A DNA stretch of 64,000 nucleotides, taken from positions 82,770,001 through 82,834,000 of the forward strand of contig JAGIQG010000008.1 of the NCBI GenBank assembly GCA_024679065.1, in the 5' to 3' direction. Shown here piece after piece: positions 25,401 to 37,230 of this stretch (position 1 is the stretch's first letter; each line of letters starts with the position of its first letter). Source of the DNA: Sphyrna mokarran. Taxonomy: Eukaryota. The position numbers and the translations under genes are program-made. The notes under the pieces were generated by a model. The model had not been told where the DNA came from. It searched no databases and worked only from the letters and a program-made list of their open reading frames with translations.

Positions 25401-27299
25401 TCCTAAATGAAAACCGCTATTTTATGTTCATTCATATGCGTGGGAGACTGGCAAAGCCATCACTTCCTGCCCCCATCCTGAAATTCGCTCCGGAAGGTGG
25501 TGGTACTTCTTCTTGAGCCACTGCAGTTCATGTGGTGTAGATACAACTACTGTGCTATTAGGCAGCGAGTTGCAGGATTTTCGCAAAGTGAAGTAACAGA
25601 ACTATGGTATGTGACTTGGAGGGGAACTTGCAGGTGGCAGTGTTCCTATGCACCTGTGTCCTTGTTCTGCTAGATAAATGATTAATGGTTGGTGCATGTT
25701 AGCCGGCTTCTCTTAGAAAGCAAGCTAGCGGGAGGTCTGAGTTCACCTTTTGATAAAATGAAAAACATAAGTCAATAGATTAATGAGCATTTGAAATTTT
25801 CTTCTCTCTATATTATTGCTTTGCAATTAAAATGAAAATTCCAGAAATTTATAGTACCCTTACTCTCCACCAATCTCTCAGCTGTTTAAAAATGTAAAGC
25901 AAAAGATGGTAAAACAGTTTTTGTCCAAGTCCCAAGTGACAGAACGCCTAAAATACAACACAAATTAGTTCAATTTGCCAACCGTTATTCAGAGAAGCAC
26001 AAAAGCTTAAAAGCATTGAAGCCAGTGTGCTGAATACACAAGCTTATATACATTTTACGCATCTCCATGAAAGTCCCTTTGCCCAGTATCTCAATGAAAA
26101 TAACACACTGTAAAAGTAACTAAGTCCATTAAAACATTTTCATTCCACCACTGATAGTGCAATAGTTTCAGTGTAAGAAGCAGGTAGAAGTGGAGTAATT
26201 TATTTAATTCATACTGGCTAAGTTTGGTTGTATGGCCATGCACCCTGGTTGATAAGATCATTCTGACCACCACAAATCATAAATACATAGGAACAACCTA
26301 GCCATTGCAATGGACATGTGTTTTATTGAACTGTCTGGATATTTTTTCTTGTGGATCATTTGAAAATGTGAAGTGTGGATGCATGTCATTTTTAAAACAA
26401 AAAGGCTAGTCTGTGATGTGGAGGTGTTTAAACAAGTTTTCAATTGATTTCATTAGCTAAGAAAATAACAGAACTTCATTAAGACATGATGCTATCCAAA
26501 ATATAGCAACTCTAAACATTAAATATTTCACTCCGTTATTACTTGATAAAGGTCTTTGATAATGCAATATCACAAGATCAACTTGTATATAGGGAGAAAA
26601 TGTTATGATAATAATTGTAGCAACAAGAGAAAAGAAACATTTCTTTGACAAAAAGACAATTGTTTCTGTGAGAAAGCCTTGCCAAATTTCCTGTGGTTTT
26701 GGGGAAGAGAAATGGAACAGCCATGTGATGTGATGAACTACTATGACACAGTCCAATTCACTGGATATAATGTTACACATTAATGTATTTTCTAATGTAT
26801 TTTCCTGAATGTCTGACCATTACACTTGTGCTGTTATCATGGGCTGAATCTTTGCTATGGATGTGGGAAACAGCAGCCAGGTCTAATTTGGGTGATGATT
26901 CTGCCTCTGATCAAAGTTCAGATTTTCACAGAGTGAGTCCTGAATTGATATTAAGACAGGTTCACCTACAGCTAGTGAGGGAGGGAATGGAAGCAAGACA
27001 GATGAAGTATGGAATTCATTTAGACAGCCCACAACAGCCATTACCATGGCTGCTGATAGTCCTTAGGAAGAGAACTGCTGATTGTGCCAAATCCTTTCAC
27101 AGCATGAAGGGAAGTGAGATGTTACAGGCGACAGGAAGCCTGGCACCCAAGGCAAGGACTGATCCTAACTTCATCGACGTTGACCTGGTTCTAATGCTCG
27201 AAACCAGGAGGAAGAAATGTTCTCTTTGAGGAGCGTGGCAGAGGACGCAACCTTGGTATGTAGAAGGGGCACCTTGCTGTTTAGAACTTTCTTATTCTG

Positions 27300-27900
27300 T
27301 GTCACCTTTCTCTTTTACCTTAAAGTCCACACCAATCTGGAAGAACACATGAGGGAGAATGTAGCAGTGTACGATATTGACTGAGATCCTTGCAAGAGGA
27401 TATTGGAGGGCACCACTTAACTGGTCCAGATGCCGAAATCATATCTTCTTCAACTGTTGTCCTACTAAGTAGTTGGCATTGGTTATATCACACCTGAACC
27501 TGCTTGGGGCTCCTGTCAATGGGTCAATAGCCATTTCTTCAATTAAGGATTTTCCTTATCCATAAGGACCCATTTTGAACATTGGATTGAAGATCGGAGC
27601 CAACCTGGACTAACAGAGATTGAGGAAAGCAAGCACACGTGTGTGTAGGTCTTGTTATGATACAGACATTATGGAAGCGAAAGCCCTTAATGGACCACAT
27701 TGGCTATTGATAGGGCATATCGATGCCACATGGTTACATTGGATGATGCTGTGCCCCTCAGGTATCCAGCAATGGAGGTGAAACCACTACTTCTGTAAGG
27801 GTATGTTAGTTATGAAATAAATATTCTGACAAAGAAGGCATCAGTGATTATCGAGTTGCAGTGGCATGCAACCACCTTTGAAATGCATCTTTAGATACCA
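27300..27900 (-). mobile_element. Second degenerate Harbinger transposase remnant
   Basis: Minus strand gives ITDAF (~27835-27850), GID, LMDKENP*LKKWLLTP and KI*FRHLDQLSGALQYP (cf. HARBI1-family LGDxGYPLxxWLxTP and KxRFRCLDxSGGxLQY). Confidence 0.8.
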
Positions 27901-30299
27901 TTAAAGTCTGGGGCTCATCCTTGGAAGGAGCCCAAAGAAGAATGTCACTGTAATTTTGATGGCTTGTAACAGGACATGGTGACTAGTGCTAGTCAGCAAT
28001 AATGGCACAGACTGTGACTCTCCTGGCAATCTCCTGTGGCACTGGGTCTTGGTCACCCTCCAGAGTTGGTTCCATCATTAGCATTCAATATTGTGTTGAG
28101 GGTATAGCCTTTATTATCTTCTTGCCCTTTCCTCTCCCTTGACCTCACACTGTTTGGGGTTCTGCTCTCCCTGCAATGCTGCTTGTGCCTTTTGCAATGA
28201 GCACAACATCTGACAGTTGTACGCACATTTCCAGCTAGAGCCTTCCTTCTGGTTAGGTTATTGTCCTTGGCAACCATGGTCAACTGCTGTAATGTCAGGG
28301 GGTTACTGATCTAATTCAATGCCAAGGTGCTGTATGCTTACTCTGCCTGCCACTTGTGCAGGGCCAATGGCCCTCTGACCAAATGTCCAGTCCCTCATTT
28401 CTCTGCCAATACTCTAATGGGGTTGTAGTGATGCCCAGAGCCAGTCATGACCCTACTCACCTAGCCCATGCTTGCTAAATCCAAACAAAAATGTTTACTT
28501 GCTGGACAATGCTAAAAGTGCATTAATAGCTGCATTCACAACCAAGGTAACCAATCAAGCACATACATAGTTCATTTACACTTGCTGGAAGATTCATACA
28601 TTCACAGACAAGAACCCATTCTTGGAACGTGTTCATGTCTTGCAACCCACTGAAATTACGCACGAGCTTTCACAACTTTAGTTCCTGACTGTTTTCTCCA
28701 GGTCAATGTTTCAGCCAGAGTCGACTTGACAACTAAGTTGCTCCCTTTTTCTCCTGGAGTGTAAGTTGTGAGATCATTTGAAATTTTGCATTTGTCCCAA
28801 TGAGTACAAAAAAAAGCTTCCACAACCTGTCTTTTTCCAGCACAATTCAAGTTCTATATGACCAAGCAACTGTTGAAATTAGAAGTATTATCCATGGGGA
28901 ATTTTACAGTTTATCAGTGCAGCCAGCGTGTTAAAATATGGGTATATTGAGCTCCATTGACAAGTGTTTACATAATATCAATAAAGTCCTTTTAACAATT
29001 TGGTTAGAAGTGTTGGGAAAAGAGCTGTCTCTTAAAAGTCATTGGAATACATTCAGTCAGCAGTTTCAGCTTGTAGGAAAATAGCTATAGCATTTAAGAT
29101 CTTTTACCTCTTTCTGGATTGAATGGGGTGCTAAAAGAAATCCTATGCAAATTCCAGTGCATTGCTTAACTGTTGAATAAGTCCCTGCTTGTTCCATGTA
29201 ACAACACAATAGTTGCCAACCAAAATGGAGATGATTGGATAATTCCACAATCAATAACGCTGGAGACTACAGTGCTGTAGGTGACTGAAATTGACTTCAT
29301 GTACATACTGTATATGGTCTATCTTCCGCTCAATTGTGCCTTATCTTGGAGAAATTTTTGCTATTTTGGTCATGTTTTCATTCTGCATGCTGCAGTTTGT
29401 AAATTCTCTTCATTAAAAAGACTTTCTAAATAAACTTTTTAGCTGTAAAATAAAACTGCTTGCTGCAAATCTTGCCTCACCTCCGATTCATTAGCTGACG
29501 TAATGGTGGCTGGTTTGGGTTCTGAGGTCTGGGAAGGGGAAGTGCATGAAAGGGTAGAGATTGTGCCCAGTGGCTCTAGGCTATGGTTACTCAGTACGGA
29601 AGGGAGTAAAGAGAAAAGCCTGTTTTGGGTGGCCAGAGATTCAGACCATTGATGCAACATAATAGGTGACATGTACTAAAAAACTGTGTTCAAATAAAAT
29701 CCGGAATAATAACAACTATATTATGCACTGTGTTTAAGGGTATGTTTTATTTTCGTGATAATTGATAGTACATGATAATATTGTGTATAGTACCATGTAA
29801 AATCAAATTGAACCATGGACTTATATATTTGTAAAATACAGGGCAATATAATTTAGTCTCTGCACACTCCATAGCATAATATGCTGAGTGCTGCAAACTG
29901 TCACATGTTGTATTAAAACATGTACAAAATATGCTATAAAATATATAGTTGCCATTTATCAGTTCAACCAGATGTTGTTTAAATATTACAGCATATGGGC
30001 ATGGACTGCTTCATTATCAGAAAAATTAAGAATGTAGTTGAACAATATGCAATCATTAGTGAATAGTGCTACTGATGGAAAGGTTACTGATGAAGAAGCT
30101 GAAGATAAGTGGATCTAGAACACTCCCCTGCAACAGTAATCTATGGCTACCATGATTGCCTGCCAATATTCACACCTGCCTTCTTTTGTACTAGATATGA
30201 CTCCAACCATTGAAGAGTTTTCTTCTTGATTCCTATTGACTTCAGTTTTACCAGGGCTCCTTGATGCCTTGATACTCGGTCAAGATATTAAGGATAACC

Positions 30300-30560
30300 A
30301 CTTTCACTTTGATCCAAATTTGGACAGAATGTTTGTTCCAGATTCCAATCACTCTCTCAGTGAAAAAAAATGCTTCCTCACATCACTTTTCCTTCCTTGT
30401 GCCAAATATTTTCAACCTGTACCCTTTAATTCTTGATGCTCTCTTGAGGGGTAACAATTTCTCAATCTTTGCCCTGTGCACACCTCTCAGGATTTTAAAT
30501 ATCTCTATAAAATTCCCTCCCCCGCCTTCTTTTCTCCAGAGAAACAGTGCCAACCTCTCC
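30300..30560 (-). mobile_element. CR1 LINE 3' fragment
   Basis: gttccagattccaatcactctctcagtgaaaaaaaatgcttcctcac...aggattttaaatatctctataaaattccct. Confidence 0.7.
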
Positions 30561-31059
30561 AAGGAGAGTAAAACGTATTATCATGTTATTTAAAAATAAG
30601 ATTTGTAAAATATACAGAAAAAAAATAAAAAATTCAGAATGTCAGTAATGTACATAAAGGTCTGAAGTTGGCTTAAATCAGTTCAGTGGTCATAGTTAAC
30701 CATCAATTGCGTTGAACTACAGAGAACAGATTTGTTCCTGATCAGTTTCATTCTGTGTTTCCTGTGGGAGAGTGCAGGTGGATGGTTAGACCACGCAAGA
30801 GGGCTTGTAATTGATAGTCACGGTGTTGCATGAAGAATATAGTCAATTTCAATAATTGATTGACAGTCCATTTAGCTGTGTGGCATTAGTACACAAAAGC
30901 TTGGTAACTCTTTCAGCCCTGAACACAATAATATTCCAAGTGTACAATGAGATGGCAGGACTGGACTCAGCCAAAATCTCCCCCCCTGATTGAACAGCTA
31001 GCCAACGCCATTAAGAATGGTCATCTGGATAAGTGTCTTATAGGTTGGCACACATGTAA

Positions 31060-32195
31060 TTGAACCTCTACAAGAAATATCACTTTCACCAAAGGCAAGG
31101 AAAGAAACAAAGACCAAGGTGTCCCCTGGACATTGCCACTTTGTCTCTTGGGCAGTGCCAAGGGGTCAGACTGGCTTGGCCAAATTGGCAATCCCAGTGT
31201 TGGTTTAGCTGTGTGGCATTAGTGTACAAAGGTTTGATGCAAAGGCAAGGGGTGATTGTCCCAGCCTGCTGAGCAGCTCCAACAGCACAGCAGGTCAGGT
31301 GACATCAGCAGAGGCTATGTAGCGAGCTTCGCACTGAGTGTCATAGCCTTGGTACACTTCTGGCCACTGGACTAAATTATTTAAATTAGAATTTGCATCC
31401 CATTAGGGGGCCCATGACTGAAGTCTCTGGGCCTGCTAGCGTCTCCCTCCTCACCCTGTGCCAGGAGTGTTTTACTCTCGTGGGTTTATAACAGTTTCCG
31501 ATAGCAGGGAGCTGGCAGCCCAACCATGCTGGAGTAAAGGGTGGGCCTTCAGGCCCACCCCCCAATGAGGTCGAAGGTAAATGGATGGTGTTCCCTGGGC
31601 ATTGCCAGTCTGGCATTGTCACCCTGGCCCCATGGCACTGCCCAATGGATAAAGTAGCAATGTCTGGGGGTATCTTGCCCACCTGGCACCATCTTGGGGC
31701 AGTGGGAGTGGGGATGACCCACTTCCATTGTGCATTTGGGATCGTAGGCAGAAGGAGGGAGGACAGTAATTGGGGCTGGCCATAGGGGGTTGAGGGGGTG
31801 CGGGGGGGGGATGGTCGAATCAGAAGATCAAGACTGCCAAGAGAGGAATCAAGGCTAGCCTGGACATATCCAGAAGGCCAAAGATCAACCGTAGTGGGAT
31901 GGGAGGGGCAGCAATGTGGGGTCGCTGGGCTGGCCAGTGATTGGGAGGTCAGCAGTGTGGGGCTACTACACACACACCGATCATGGCGCTGACAGATCAG
32001 TACATGTGCAGTGACTGGCACAGCGCTATGCTGCCAGTTTCTCCAGTCGGAATAGTTCCTGTCCCTGGCTTTTCATTAAGGTTCATACTGGTATTCTCTG
32101 TGATGCACACAGTGTCAGAGATACATTTTGAAAATCTATTTTGTTTTACACAAATTCCAAACTTAAAAAATTTTTTTTGGGGAGAATTCCACCCA
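31060..32195. mobile_element. GC-rich non-autonomous Harbinger-like element
   Basis: Ends with ttttttttggggagaattccaccc, the reverse complement of the family terminus. Internal reiterated ggcagtgcc/ggcactgcc motifs and G-runs. Confidence 0.55.
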
Positions 32196-32641
32196 TTTCT
32201 GGGTTAAAATGTGCTGAATAATTTAATTACTAAATATCAATGCAATTTCATGTTTTTGCCATTGGATGTCACTAATGCATTACATTTTGAAATCATGCTG
32301 AAGTCAGTTGGAGATGAAACCGTATCCACTGGCAGATCTGAAATCCAGTACTGGATTCATCAAAGTTGGATGCTAGAAATGAAACAGAAGTCCAGTTGAT
32401 AGTACTTCAAACAGTTGTGCTCATTACATGGCTCATTTTACCTTTGCTAGAACTGACATATATTCATACTCGGGGAACTGTCCTTTACAAATGAAAAGGA
32501 TATGTCTCATTCTTGTGCCTTTCTTTTTGAACATATAGTTTCGCTGTTGTTTTCTCTATGACAATGGCCAAATTGTGAACCAATCAACATCTTTTTCTTC
32601 TGTAGTATAAATTGCCACAATGGTTTGAAGTTTGGCATTCA

Positions 32642-32687
32642 GGCATTTGTCCTGATGAATGCAAGACAAAAAGCTTCGGCAAATGTC
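32642..32687 (+). ncRNA. Degenerate type I hammerhead ribozyme motif
   Basis: ggcatttgtc-CTGATGA-atgcaagac-AAAA-agct-TC-ggcaaatgtc: 10-bp stem I (2 G.U), palindromic stem III and a UUC site. The GAAA box has decayed to AAAA. Confidence 0.6.
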
Positions 32688-32898
32688 TCTCTGTTCAGCA
32701 ACATCAAAATTCTTTACTACCAAGCAACAGTAGCCTACATGTATTATGAACACTATTGTCTCTCTGTGAATTAATGACAACCATTCAATTACAAGATTCA
32801 GCTTCTAAACAGACAATGGAGCCTGGATTGTAATTTGGGACAGTAGTCTTCAGGACCCAGGGGTGTGGCAAATTATCCTAATCCCAGGCCTGAGAGAT

Positions 32899-33383
32899 TT
32901 TTAACTCCGGGAGTTAAACCTAGTCACATTTCTGCCCCCAAATAAGCAGAATTGGCACCTATACGGACTGCAATGTTATGTGGAAGGAGCATGCTGTTGG
33001 ATAATACAGAAATAACCCTGAAAATTCAAGACATCATCAGAATTTGTGAGCCCTGCATCATAACAGGCAAAAACTGAACTTTTGGGAATAGAGCGGCATC
33101 ACGGTGGGTTGGTCCCAAGGGTGCTTTTCATTGCTTGTTCACCCAGCATCTGTTGGGCCAGAAAGCTTAAAATAACAAGTGAATTTTGCTGTCCTATTAT
33201 GCAATGCCATTAGAACCTCATGATTAAATCGTTTGTGTTTTACCATACACATTGTGTTTCCCAGGGTTATTTCTGTATTATCCAACAGCATGCTCCTTCT
33301 ACACAACATTGCAGTCCGTATAGGTGCCAATTCTGCTTATTTGGGGGCAGAAATGTGACTAGGTTTAACTCCCAGAGTTAAAA
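32899..33383. repeat. Near-perfect long inverted repeat (122-bp arms, 241-bp spacer)
   Basis: Arm 32899-33020 is the reverse complement of 33262-33383, with 3 substitutions and no gaps by base-by-base reading. Confidence 0.97.
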
Positions 33384-35023
33384 GGCCCAACAAATCTTGT
33401 AATCCCATGCAGGAATAGTGAAAGTTGTTTTTATGATAAATAAAGCCAGGATCATTTATCAATGACAGTCATTTAAGAATTTGAGATGTTTCCTTGGGAA
33501 ACAAAATATTCCATTCAACAAGCATATCTCATTCTGATTAACTTAAAAGCACCCATCATTCACTATGACTGCAGGCCTACAGGCAGCAATCACTAATTTC
33601 TGCAATTTTACTTCTGCTTCACTTCTGATCGTTAAGATAAATTCTATGGAATCTTTGTAGACATTTATTTAAACTTAAGTGTGATTGCATTTTGGTGATC
33701 AGTTATGTAATCAGTAATATTATCATTGCAGATTTGGGCCTTTTCTTGTACATTATATTCACAACTACTGATTTGGCTGAATATTGTTTCTTTTCCAGAT
33801 ATGCCACTGCAATAAGAACATTTTTCCCATTGTTTAAAAAGAGAAACTGAACTTATTGTATTGACCCCAATGACCCTTGAACTAGAAGCCAGGACAATGA
33901 ATGGCCTTTTACTTGGGGTGATCAGCAAGATGAAATTTGACTGATAGTACACATGCGAGACACACCGTCATGTAAACAGTCCAAGTTCTGTGTAGTCTGC
34001 AGCCTTTGTAAAGTCTGTGAGCAAGGTGCATAAAGACTCATGGTTGTTGAGGCCTTTATTTTGGTGAAGTCTGAATAAGGTCTCAAAAGACTGGAATGGA
34101 GCCAGAAATTTGGCAGTGAAAGCAGGATTCACTGTTGCAGGTGGAGTGGATTAATCAACCACTGAAGACTATGTAGGAATGGGCACCAAAGTGGCTGACT
34201 GAAGCATCCACCTCTGTGTAAGTTATTCAGAGACTTGGTAACATACAAACCAAGGGGGAATTTTACCACTTTAAAGTCCTGTCATGGAACAGCCCAATTT
34301 AAGATTTTTCAGTCAGGGGAGTTGGCATAGAACAGACAAATTTGGGGTAATTATTTATACTTAAAAAAAGTTTCTTTTATCTTATCTTTTCTTGTGAGAT
34401 ATATATACACAGGACACACACCAAGCATTTTCTCCTTCGGGAAAGTTATCTTCCCTTTTCATATCAAATAAAATTGTTTCATCATTATTTGAGAGTATCC
34501 GGTAGTGTCAATCATTCCAGTTATAAATGGAGTACTGCAACGAACCTAAATGAAACTCCACAAGGGACTCTCACACCCTTAGATAACCATTAGCAGCTGC
34601 ACCACTTTAACCACCGCATGGACAAAATTTCACATTGCATAGTTATTTTTCTGAAATATAATTTCTCTGAGGGTCAAACATAATTGTAAACCATTTCTCC
34701 CTTGCAGTTCTCAAGCCTCTCGAGTGCAATAACTCCTCCTGCATATTCATCATATTCTGTATAAATCACTTGAACCCTTTGATTACATTATAGCCTCCAA
34801 GGTGTCAATTTGTATTTGCATCAGTTGTCTGATGTAGTCACTTGTATATAATCTGCAGGGAAAACTTGCTCCAGAATGGATTCATGCAATCCACATTCTT
34901 TAGGATGAATTGATTCCACAGTTTTCTAGCAAAGGTTTTGTCATTCACCCTAATAAGGATGGAATAAAACAACTGAAAATGAATTGAGAAACTTAGCGAA
35001 TCCTAGTCATTTATCAGCCTTAC

Positions 35024-35288
35024 CTTCAAACAGGAATGTCTCATTCCAATGTGGGTTTAAATTCTTTCTTTTCACCTTCGTTTCTAGCTTGTGTTTTTTG
35101 TCAGGGAGCAGGTAGATTTTAACGAACGGATCACTGGTACCACTAAAGTCCTTTGCTGGCAGCTCTACAGCCTTCATTATTTTAACAGTGAAGGTGGACT
35201 CCTGGAAATTGTACCCGACACTGAACTGAATACGGCCCAGATTCTCACGTGAGCTTCCTTCATGGTCGTCCTCAGAACCTGGTGACAG
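35024..35288 (-). CDS. SYT7: Synaptotagmin-7 coding exon (end of linker + first part of C2A)
   Basis: Minus-strand translation [88 protein letters not shown](G) is nearly identical to vertebrate SYT7. Acceptor ttccAG at 35290-35289, donor G|GTAAGG at 35023; 265 nt, phase 0 to 1. Absent from the ORF track. Confidence 0.97.
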
Positions 35289-36680
35289 CTGGAAGAAACG
35301 AAATACAAATGCTTAGTTCACAGGCTTCACCTGTAGACTCACATGTGGTTCTGAATTCCTGACATGCTTCTCTAGGTTCTGAAGTAAATATAAGTTACTG
35401 AAAGAGTTTGTATGGGCCCTGAAATTTCATTCCTATGCCTCGCTGCTTTTAAGATGTCTTACACTTGTCCTAAATTTGGTTCAGTGTCAAACTCTACTTG
35501 TTAACACTTGCAAAACATTTTAGTATGTTAAATTATATAAATACAACAGCGTTTTGCACAAGGTATTTATTTGAACATATGGTTCTTGACACTGACTTCC
35601 AGTTACTTTCATTCTTGGAAACGTGGTATTGTTTTTGATCACATATTATCAGTGAGAGAAAACAAACACAAAAGAACCACACAGCAATAAATTCAATCGG
35701 GTAAGCTTAGACAGTTTCAACACAATGTGAACATGAGTCCACAAAACAAAATGGTCACTCATTTGGCAATAATTTGTGTTGATTTCTTATCGTATTCTTG
35801 ATGATCACAGAATGGTTGATATTGACATTGAAAACCACTTCAACAAAGATCAAAGAACAAAACAGCACGGGAAACAGGCCGTTCGGCCCAACGACCCCAT
35901 GCCAACACCCCAATGTTCCTGCTGCAGTGAGAATTGGTGAGTCCCAGTCACATTGTTGGCGAAGCAATAGTGGAAATTTTCCATCCTACCACTCTATACT
36001 TGATAGGGAAAAATTTTAACGTTGATTCTGGGTGTTGGAGATGGAAAGTACTCCATTCCCTATTACTAACACCCCAGACACAAATATCCACAATAAAAAT
36101 AATGATGAAATAATGAGGACTCGAATGCTTAATATTCATAATTTTATGTCCTTTTTAGGGGTCATTAGAAAGATTAAATGAAGGAATTACATTTATCTTA
36201 AGGGTTTGTGCTAGTTATTTTCTGTTTGTGTATGGTCAGAGGTGCAATTAATGCATGAAACACAGTGTTATTCAATTAAAAATTGAATTGACTTTTTCAG
36301 GAAAATACATGGATATGGTTATTCTCGAGAGTAGGACTGCAACAGTCCCAAGGACTACCCCATCTCAAATAAACTTCTCGGATTTACTCTCCCAAGTTCA
36401 TATGTGAAGAATTATTTGGGCAAGGAACTGGAGAGCTGCTACTGCCCATAAAACCATACCCCAGCAAGAATCAGTATTTCCAGAAAAAAAAGTAGATAAA
36501 ACTAGCAGAACAATCTATCAATTAAAATACAGAACGTAAAAAATAAATACAAAGTCTCCATGACTGTTATTTGTTCTCTGTTCCATTATCATAACTCAGA
36601 ATGAAAAAGCATTGCAAAAGTACATATAACCTAATGTAAGATTAGTCTTGAACACAATCAATTAAGGTATTTATCACATA

Positions 36681-36808
36681 GGGCGGGATTTTCCAGACTC
36701 TCGTGCCCCAAAACCGGAAAATCCCACCCAAGCTCAACTGATCTTTCCAAAGTCCGCCCCTCGCCTGCTATGATTCCTGTGGGGGCCAGAATGGACAAAT
36801 TCGGTGCA
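36681..36808. mobile_element. Short MITE-like element
   Basis: gggcgggattttcc (36681-36694), its inverted copy ggaaaatcccaccc (36716-36729) and a terminal ggacaaattcggtgc. A similar short element is at 47721-47849. Confidence 0.6.
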
Positions 36809-36925
36809 TGGTCTATCATAGGAATTTGAATTTGATACAAAAATCTGGTATAATTCTATTAGATGCAACAACTCTCACTTTGATGTAACCTGTATATAAC
36901 ACATCCTAGTCTTGTGATATCCTAT

Positions 36926-37230
36926 GTATTACTGAAAAAGAGAGACTTTTTTGGTTGAAGTTTTTCATCAGCACATTGGAAAGAATACAATGCAAGGGAA
37001 ATCAACAAATTTATTCTGTACGAGTAGACTGTGTTGATTGGTTGGTTACTGGACTCAGATTGGTAGAGGTGCTGCCATAAATAATGCACCAGTTGTATTC
37101 TATCAGTCAGAGTCTACTTGCCAATCAGCACTCTCTTCTTGTACAGCATAAATTTATTGATTTCTATTGCATTGTGTTCTTGTGAATGGCCTGAAAGTTT
37201 AGACAAAAAAAGTCTCTTTTTCAACAATAC
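36926..37230. mobile_element. Palindromic Penelope-like terminal element
   Basis: gtattactgaaaaagagagacttttttg ... caaaaaaagtctctttttcaacaatac, with inner arms also complementary (tgattgg/ccaatca, aatcaacaaatttat/ataaatttattgatt). Confidence 0.75.

Noticed and set aside
31386-32021. 211-aa proline-rich ORF and G-quadruplex-like G-runs
   Set aside because: It lies inside a GC-rich non-autonomous repeat; low stop density from base composition explains the ORF.
32899-33383. Parvovirus/AAV-like ITR or miRNA precursor interpretation of the inverted repeat
   Set aside because: No rep/cap-like ORF lies between or near the arms and there is no T-shaped GC-rich structure; the 241-nt loop and 122-bp stem do not fit a pre-miRNA.
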